Made by a program: the position numbers and the translations under genes. From Minisyncoccota bacterium (GTDB taxonomy: Bacteria > Patescibacteriota > Minisyncoccia > Phycocordibacterales > PALSA-1337), in contig JBAZRG010000001.1 in the NCBI GenBank assembly GCA_041663145.1, positions 74,467-138,466 on the forward strand: a stretch of 64,000 nt of DNA. Direction: 5' to 3'. The notes under the pieces were generated by a model, which searched no databases, was not told where the DNA came from, and was given only the letters and a program-made list of their open reading frames with translations. Within the stretch, counting starts at the first letter, position 1. Every line of letters begins with the position of its first letter. Positions 58,717 through 64,000 of this stretch are shown here, piece by piece.

Positions 58717-59991
58717 TTGCGTTATTTCCATAATTACAATACTCTTAAAATAATGAAGCGTCAACAAATCGTAAAACAGAATATGCCTGATTCACCGGGG
58801 ATTTATATTTTTCGGGATTACAGAAAACGTCCCATGTATATCGGCAGAGCCACCTCTCTTAACGATCGTGTTAAGAGTTATTTTAGCTATGATCTCATCG
58901 AAACACGCGGTCCGAGAATCGTCGATATGGTCACAAAAGCAAAGTCTTTGACTTGGCAAGTTACAGGTTCTGTTTTGGAAGCAATTCTTTTGGAGAGCAA
59001 TCTGATCAAGCGATATCAGCCTTTTTATAATGTAGATGAAAGAGATGATAAGAGTTCTCAATATGTAGTGATAACCGACGAGCCGTGGCCTAGAATATTT
59101 TTGGAACGTGTTAGGACATTTGATCAGACAAAAGATCAGAATCAATTACCGTATAAGGTGCTCCGATATTTCGGCCCATTCACGGAGATCGGTCTCATAA
59201 AAGAAGCGATGAGAATAATGCGCAAATTGTTTCCGTTTAGGGATAGAAAATCTCGCGATCCGAGACATGAAGAATTTTATAGATCTATAGGCAGATCTCC
59301 GCAAAACACCGATGAAAAATCACATGAAGAATATCTAAAAACCATCAAACATCTCATCTTATTTTTCGAGAGTAAAAGTGACAAACTTATCAAGACTATT
59401 GAAAAGGAAATGAATGCTAATGCCAAACTATTACGATTTGAAAAGGCGGAAGAGAATAGGCGGCTTCTATTTGCTTTGAAACACATAAATGACATGGCTT
59501 TATTGAAACGTCATGCCAATAATTCAGATGGAGTGAATGATCCGTCGAGATCTTTTCGGATTGAATGTTTCGATATAGCCCATCTCTCCGGAACAAATGT
59601 AGTTGGTGTAATGGCGGTCAATATAAATGGAGAGTCAGCAAAATCAGAATATCGGAAATTTTACCTATCGAAACAGGTTAATGATGATCTTCTGGGGCTC
59701 ATGGAAATTGTTTCTAGACGTCTCAATCATTCGGAATGGGCATATCCAGATCTTATAGTTGTTGATGGGAGCGAAAATCATGTCAAAGTGGTGGAATCGA
59801 TATTAAAATCGAGGAGAATCAATATTCCTGTTGTGGCGGTTACAAAAGATGATAGGCACAAGGCTTCACGATTTATCGGGTCAGCGGACTTAATAGAGAA
59901 ATACAAAAATGAAATAATTGCAGTCAACGCTGAAGCGCATCGATTTGCTATAACTTATCATCGACAGAAGAGAAAAATAAAAATCACATAA
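58717..59991 (+). CDS. uvrC: Excinuclease ABC subunit C-like (GIY-YIG plus RNase-H-like endonuclease domains, no C-terminal HhH)
   Basis: GIY-YIG 'PGIYIFRDYRKRPMYIGRATSLNDRVKSYF', a UvrB-interacting region, and 'FRIECFDIAHLSGTNVVGVMAV' endonuclease domain. Only 424 aa. Confidence 0.7.
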   Translation: MRYFHNYNTLKIMKRQQIVKQNMPDSPGIYIFRDYRKRPMYIGRATSLNDRVKSYFSYDLIETRGPRIVDMVTKAKSLTWQVTGSVLEAILLESNLIKRYQPFYNVDERDDKSSQYVVITDEPWPRIFLERVRTFDQTKDQNQLPYKVLRYFGPFTEIGLIKEAMRIMRKLFPFRDRKSRDPRHEEFYRSIGRSPQNTDEKSHEEYLKTIKHLILFFESKSDKLIKTIEKEMNANAKLLRFEKAEENRRLLFALKHINDMALLKRHANNSDGVNDPSRSFRIECFDIAHLSGTNVVGVMAVNINGESAKSEYRKFYLSKQVNDDLLGLMEIVSRRLNHSEWAYPDLIVVDGSENHVKVVESILKSRRINIPVVAVTKDDRHKASRFIGSADLIEKYKNEIIAVNAEAHRFAITYHRQKRKIKIT

Positions 59992-60084
59992 AAAATCCCG
60001 AACAACTCACACCTGTCCCTAATAAGCACGTGAATTGCTCTGCAGAGCAATTCACTCTGTCCTCAGTACATCTATACACTATGA

Positions 60085-61107
60085 ATGGTTGGATTGCTAA
60101 TGTACAATATGGTCATGAATCATCGTCTACGAGTCGGAGTATTGCGTGGTGGTCCTTCCAACGAGTATGAGGTATCTCTCAATTCGGGCTCAGCTGTATT
60201 GTCCGCACTGAATAAACATTTTGAAGATCGATACAAACCTCATGACATATTCATCGATCGTGCCGGAACGTGGCATATGGAAGGTTTGGTAATAAAACCC
60301 GAAAATGTAACTCATAAAGTTGATGTGATAGTGAATGCTCTTCATGGTAACTATGGCGAGGACGGCAAAATACAGTCATTCTTGGAATCTCACGGCATAC
60401 CTTTTACTGGTTCAGGTTCTTTGGGATCGGCTATCGGTATGAATAAGAGTTTGACTAAAAAAATACTCAAAGATCACGGAATAAAAAGTCCTTATGGTAT
60501 CGAAATACCATCAAACCGAATACGAGATAATGTTTCAAGTGTTAGAGATGAACTATTTCGATCTTTTTCAATGCCGGCAGTTGTAAAACCAACATCTAGT
60601 GGTTCATCCGTCGGTGTATCGATCGTCAAATATTATGATAGTTTAGTACCAGCTCTCGAGGAAGCGGCCAAACATTCAGGATCTGTTCTAGTTGAAGAAT
60701 TTATCCCTGGTATTGAAGCAACGTGCGGTGTTATCGAGGGATTTAGAGGCAGTGATCTATACGCTTTGCCACCGATAGAGATTCGACCGCAAACTCATTT
60801 CTTTGATTATGAAGCAAAATATTCTGGCAAATCACAGGAAATAGTCCCGGCAACATTTTCTCAAAAGATAAAATCAGCTATTGAGGATATAACAAAAAAG
60901 ATCCACAGCGCTCTGGGTCTCCGTCATTATTCGAGATCCGACTTCATCATTCATCCGAGACGCGGAATCATCTTACTTGAAGTGAATACGTTACCGGGAC
61001 TTACGAACGAATCATTGATACCAAAATCACTGAGAGCCATTGGCAGTGACACGCATGAATTCGTAGATCATCTGATTGGATTGGCGATGGGGAAGAGGAG
61101 GGTGTAG
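60085..61107 (+). CDS. ddl: D-alanine--D-alanine ligase
   Basis: 'RVGVLRGGPSNEYEVSLNSG', 'VNALHGNYGEDGKIQSFLE' and ATP-grasp motifs. The probable start is Met 'MNHRLRV'. Confidence 0.85.
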   Translation: MVGLLMYNMVMNHRLRVGVLRGGPSNEYEVSLNSGSAVLSALNKHFEDRYKPHDIFIDRAGTWHMEGLVIKPENVTHKVDVIVNALHGNYGEDGKIQSFLESHGIPFTGSGSLGSAIGMNKSLTKKILKDHGIKSPYGIEIPSNRIRDNVSSVRDELFRSFSMPAVVKPTSSGSSVGVSIVKYYDSLVPALEEAAKHSGSVLVEEFIPGIEATCGVIEGFRGSDLYALPPIEIRPQTHFFDYEAKYSGKSQEIVPATFSQKIKSAIEDITKKIHSALGLRHYSRSDFIIHPRRGIILLEVNTLPGLTNESLIPKSLRAIGSDTHEFVDHLIGLAMGKRRV

Positions 61108-61224
61108 TCGCTCACTGCGTTCGCTCCTTATTTTCGGGTGTTTGTTTGAAAAAATCAAAACCCATTTTGCGGAAAACCCTGACCGAATTAGAGATAATGT
61201 TTTAGGATTTTTTTGTTCATAAAT

Positions 61225-62166
61225 TTACTTTTGAATACAATGTTGGATGAATACCATTACCAGATTTAAGACTAAGCGAGCATTTTTTTCGTTCGCGTAC
61301 TCTTGTTTAGGATGAGCGTCTCCGCTTTTTCCTCGTTCTCGCATAAGAACGGCATCTAAATTTTTAAATATTTCAGAAGAAAATTTGTCCGCTGGTATGG
61401 CGTCTTTTTCTTGTGCTTTTTTTACCAAACTTATAATTCCTTCCGAGCTACCGGATTTACCATCCACGATAATTTGCAAAAAAGCCTGCAGAGCAGTTAC
61501 TGCATGGGTGATTGAATTGCTATAACCCTGGTCGGTTTTTTCTTGATATGCCTTAAATGCGTCTCGCAGGTCACGGTTTACAGGTGCCCATTGTTCTGCT
61601 GACAGAAACTGCAAAACTGGTATATAAATTTCTTTCGTTATCTTTTCATCTTGACGTGGGATAAACTCTTGTCGGGTTAACAATACATTTACACCGTAAT
61701 GCTCGAACACGTCATTTAATCTTTCTGCAAATTTATCAAAATCCTTGTATCGATATTCATTTAGTCTATTTTCAAATTCTTCGTCCGTTTCATTACTTGA
61801 TCTGTATAATGCCTTATCAGCTCTTTCCGCTAAAATTGCTTGGCAAAAACACGAGAACAATTCGAGAAGAACATTTTGCGATTCATTTCTAAAGATGTGT
61901 TCGAAATCCATCCGAGCACTTTGCTCTGTTTGTTCATGTAAAAAATGTTTTCCATACGATCGGTATTTATGATTTTCGTTTAGATAATGAATAGCAAAAA
62001 ATGTCCTTAAATTCTCATCCGAAAAATAATTTTTCAAGTAATGCCAAACATTGTCTTTTTCTTGAATTGAAAGCTCATCCCAGCTTCTGTGGCCAAGTGT
62101 TGGATGTAACTCTTTAAGAGCTTCTGATTGTGTCGCACTCCAAAATTTAAAAATTGAATTACTCAT
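61225..62166 (-). CDS. Hypothetical protein with a C-terminal HEPN-like Rx4-6H motif
   Basis: A 313-aa helical protein. 'RGKSGDAH' (R-x6-H) lies about 30 aa before the C-terminus, as in HEPN nucleases. It is immediately downstream of, and translationally coupled to, an XRE-HTH gene. Confidence 0.4.
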   Translation of the reverse strand: MSNSIFKFWSATQSEALKELHPTLGHRSWDELSIQEKDNVWHYLKNYFSDENLRTFFAIHYLNENHKYRSYGKHFLHEQTEQSARMDFEHIFRNESQNVLLELFSCFCQAILAERADKALYRSSNETDEEFENRLNEYRYKDFDKFAERLNDVFEHYGVNVLLTRQEFIPRQDEKITKEIYIPVLQFLSAEQWAPVNRDLRDAFKAYQEKTDQGYSNSITHAVTALQAFLQIIVDGKSGSSEGIISLVKKAQEKDAIPADKFSSEIFKNLDAVLMRERGKSGDAHPKQEYANEKNARLVLNLVMVFIQHCIQK

Positions 62167-62168
62167 AA

Positions 62169-62369
62169 CTATTTCTTCAGTAAATCATCAACCGATACAT
62201 CAAGGGCTTTCGCAATCCTTTGAATCGTCTCAATGGTAGGGTTAGGACTTTCGTCTAACTCTATCTTAACAATCGTATTGAGCGACAAATCGGCAAGTTT
62301 AGAGAGTTTATCTTGCGAAAGCCCTTTATCTAGCCTGTATCGTTTGATGTTTTTGCCTATTGTGGACAT
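62169..62369 (-). CDS. XRE-family helix-turn-helix transcriptional regulator
   Basis: 'IKRYRLDKGLSQDKLSKLADLSLNTIVKIE' is a Cro/C1-type HTH. 66 aa. Confidence 0.75.
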   Translation of the reverse strand: MSTIGKNIKRYRLDKGLSQDKLSKLADLSLNTIVKIELDESPNPTIETIQRIAKALDVSVDDLLKK

Positions 62370-62491
62370 AGTAGATTATAATATATGGAAAGTGATATAA
62401 TACTTTTATCACTTGCAAATCAATAATATCAATTCTCCATTCTTTTTTCAATGTAGCCGCCGGGTTTTTTCGCCGAAAATCTGAAATTTTG

Positions 62492-62562
62492 TGGACCCAG
62501 GGAGAATCGGACTCCCGTCTCGGCAATGCGAATGCCGTGTCATACCACTAGACCATAGGCCC
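62492..62562 (-). tRNA. tRNA-Ala (CGC) with a G3:U70 pair
   Basis: Minus-strand reading GGGCCTA...TGGGTCC-A. Anticodon stem CGGCA/TGCCG with loop TTCGCAT. T-arm GGGAG-TCCGATT-CTCCC. The G3:U70 identity pair is present. Confidence 0.65.
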
Positions 62563-62615
62563 CCATAGTTATTTTATTTAACATAACTATCTTAGCTCAA
62601 TTCTAACCTAAAATG

Positions 62616-62686
62616 TCGGGCTGCCGGGAATCGAACCCGGACCTCACACTCCCGAAGCGTGTATACTACCACTATACTACAGCCCG
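62616..62686 (-). tRNA. tRNA-Pro (CGG); anticodon-stem register is ambiguous and a TCG (Arg) reading is not fully excluded
   Basis: Minus-strand reading CGGGCTG...CAGCCCG-A. D-stem GTAT/ATAC. Anticodon stem CACGC/GTGTG with loop TTCGGGA. T-arm CCGGG-TTCGATT-CCCGG. Confidence 0.6.
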
Positions 62687-62743
62687 ATTCGTAAAATGAG
62701 AATATCAGTTATTGGATGATTAGTCCATGAATAATTTGCAGTC

Positions 62744-63208
62744 TTAAATTATATTCAATTCCTTGAACCATTCATACATCACCACTTCTAAACCTGGTGA
62801 TTTTTGCCACTCATCTTCGGAGATTTTTCCTTTTAAATATTCTTCTGTTTTTTCAGCCAGAGCTTTGATTTGTTTTTGGTCATACCATCCTGCTTGTTTT
62901 GTCTCATCTTGGCTTCTATTTAATTCACCAGTTGTCTGAATCTCGTATATCTTCCAGAGGTGCCATGAGCCATCTTCTCTCCTGCATTTATTTTCTTTTC
63001 TGCCTTCTATTATCAATTTCAAATTTTTCGCATCCAGACCAACCTCTTCATTGAGTTCACGTATGGCGGCATCTTCAAAACTAGAATCACCGTCAACATG
63101 ACCTGCTGGAATAGCGAATCCATACGGTTCTCTTCCTCGTTCAATGAGAAGAATCTTATCACCATTTTTAACTATCATTCCAACGCTTTTATGATCACAG
63201 ATTTTCGT
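62744..63208 (-). CDS. NUDIX hydrolase
   Basis: Nudix box 'GHVDGDSSFEDAAIRELNEEVGL'. The start is moved to Met 'MTKICDHK'; the track ORF extends to 63325. Confidence 0.7.
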   Translation of the reverse strand, partial: TKICDHKSVGMIVKNGDKILLIERGREPYGFAIPAGHVDGDSSFEDAAIRELNEEVGLDAKNLKLIIEGRKENKCRREDGSWHLWKIYEIQTTGELNRSQDETKQAGWYDQKQIKALAEKTEEYLKGKISEDEWQKSPGLEVVMYEWFKELNII

Positions 63209-63363
63209 CATGTTTATATTGTATTTAAGTCTGACTCGTTCGTTTGAATGATAACTAAAGAAATTTGTTTTCGCAATAAAATTTGCTCTTTGAATTTTTG
63301 TAAAAAAGAAAATGGTGAGAATCATACTGAATTCTCACCACAGTGAACTTATGTTGACGCGAT

Positions 63364-63963
63364 CTAGTTTTGACTGTTTTCGACGTGAAAAGTCATTGCC
63401 TCTTCGACTGATGTGATGTCAAAATCAGCGATTAGCCACAGACCGTCTGGGTCCGCGCTGGAATCGTAGCCGACGATGAGCGGATCGCCCTTCGGAAGTG
63501 GGGTAACCTCATTGAGTGTGAAGCTCCCTGGTTCGGCGATGATGAAAATCATATCGCCGAACAGCTCTCGCGCTTTCTTGATTTTCTCGCGAACTTCACA
63601 CGGAATCAAACCTTTGAACTGGCAGATCAGCTCCAGTCCTTTCCGCGCTGGGCGTTTGGCCGCGAGAAGTTGCAGAACATCCTTGTACTGCTTCGCGATG
63701 TTCCTGGGTAAGTCTGGTTCGATTTTGAAGTCATTACCAGGCATTGCCACCAGACGGCAGGTTGAAGAAGTTAGACTGAAGACCACTAGTCTTGGGAACC
63801 CCTGTGCATCTCTCCATGTCAATGGTTCGAGGCTGAGATGCTGATAGACACTACAAATCCTATTGAGCTTTTGGAGCTGTTCACCCTTTTCTGCGAGAGT
63901 ACGGTGATGATTTTGTACGTCGTGAAGATGAGATGTGAGTGTTCGACTCGCTTCGGCCTCCAC
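63364..63963 (-). CDS. Hypothetical protein (GC-rich ORF; may extend past the window end)
   Basis: A 199-aa ORF with about 50% GC and no motif recognised. Confidence 0.3.
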   Translation of the reverse strand: MEAEASRTLTSHLHDVQNHHRTLAEKGEQLQKLNRICSVYQHLSLEPLTWRDAQGFPRLVVFSLTSSTCRLVAMPGNDFKIEPDLPRNIAKQYKDVLQLLAAKRPARKGLELICQFKGLIPCEVREKIKKARELFGDMIFIIAEPGSFTLNEVTPLPKGDPLIVGYDSSADPDGLWLIADFDITSVEEAMTFHVENSQN

Positions 63964-64000
63964 ACCAAGAAGACCCTCGAGCAGACCTTCGGTGTGGTTA

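Noticed and set aside
62430-62480. A possible Rho-independent terminator downstream of tRNA-Ala (GCCGCCGGGTTTTTTCGCCG)
   Set aside because: The stem does not pair cleanly when written out. I left it unannotated.
1-64000. An alternative genetic code (code 25/4, UGA read as Gly or Trp, as in some CPR lineages)
   Set aside because: Long housekeeping genes (TopA 774 aa, ClpB 892 aa, UvrA 906 aa) read through intact with the standard code and terminate sensibly. There is no sign of in-frame UGA read-through.
1-64000. CRISPR arrays, rRNA operons and prophage structural genes
   Set aside because: There are no regularly spaced direct repeats with unique spacers and no 16S or 23S conserved blocks. 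I recognised no integrase, capsid, terminase or transposase ORF; the repeats present are MITE-like and non-autonomous.

Overview
This is a low-GC window (about 38-40% in coding DNA) from a small, streamlined bacterial genome that uses the standard genetic code. Long housekeeping proteins such as TopA, ClpB and UvrA read through intact. Gene content and style look like a Patescibacteria/CPR-like organism: a short gamma-only dnaX, a UvrC without the HhH tail, a PriA with a degenerate helicase core, and many small hypothetical proteins. I consider that assignment plausible but not proven.

Most of the window is core genes: the uvrB 3' end, alr, rpmG, rarA, miaA, parB, topA, dprA, serS, dus, dnaX, fmt, def, priA, murA, mreB, holB-like, frr, rseP, proS, clpB, uvrA, uvrC and ddl. 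I identified eight tRNA genes by hand-folding: Tyr, Trp, Leu, Gln, Asn, Ala and Pro. There is no rRNA and no CRISPR array.

The unusual content is in small accessory islets and repeats:
- Three tRNA loci (Tyr, Gln, Asn) carry a duplicated tRNA end separated from the gene by a 90-145 bp GC-rich hairpin insert. The inserts and the Leu flank share a 'CTCC-TTC-GCTC' hairpin core.
- Two families of MITE-like palindromic repeats occur at 42.8 kb and 55.4-55.7 kb.
- A duplicated module at about 25.8-29.1 kb carries a MazF/PemK-like toxin fused to an acidic N-terminal extension, followed by a conserved hairpin element with compensatory base changes. The same neighbourhood holds two tandem nucleoside-2-deoxyribosyltransferase-like genes, a roughly 750 bp GC-rich non-coding structured region, and a small GIY-YIG protein.
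- A 2.4 kb islet bounded by 19-bp direct repeats contains a fragmented rhuM/Fic pseudogene.
- An XRE-HTH plus HEPN-like gene pair sits next to tRNA-Ala/Pro.

Everything here comes from reading the sequence and from memory of protein families. No searches were run.
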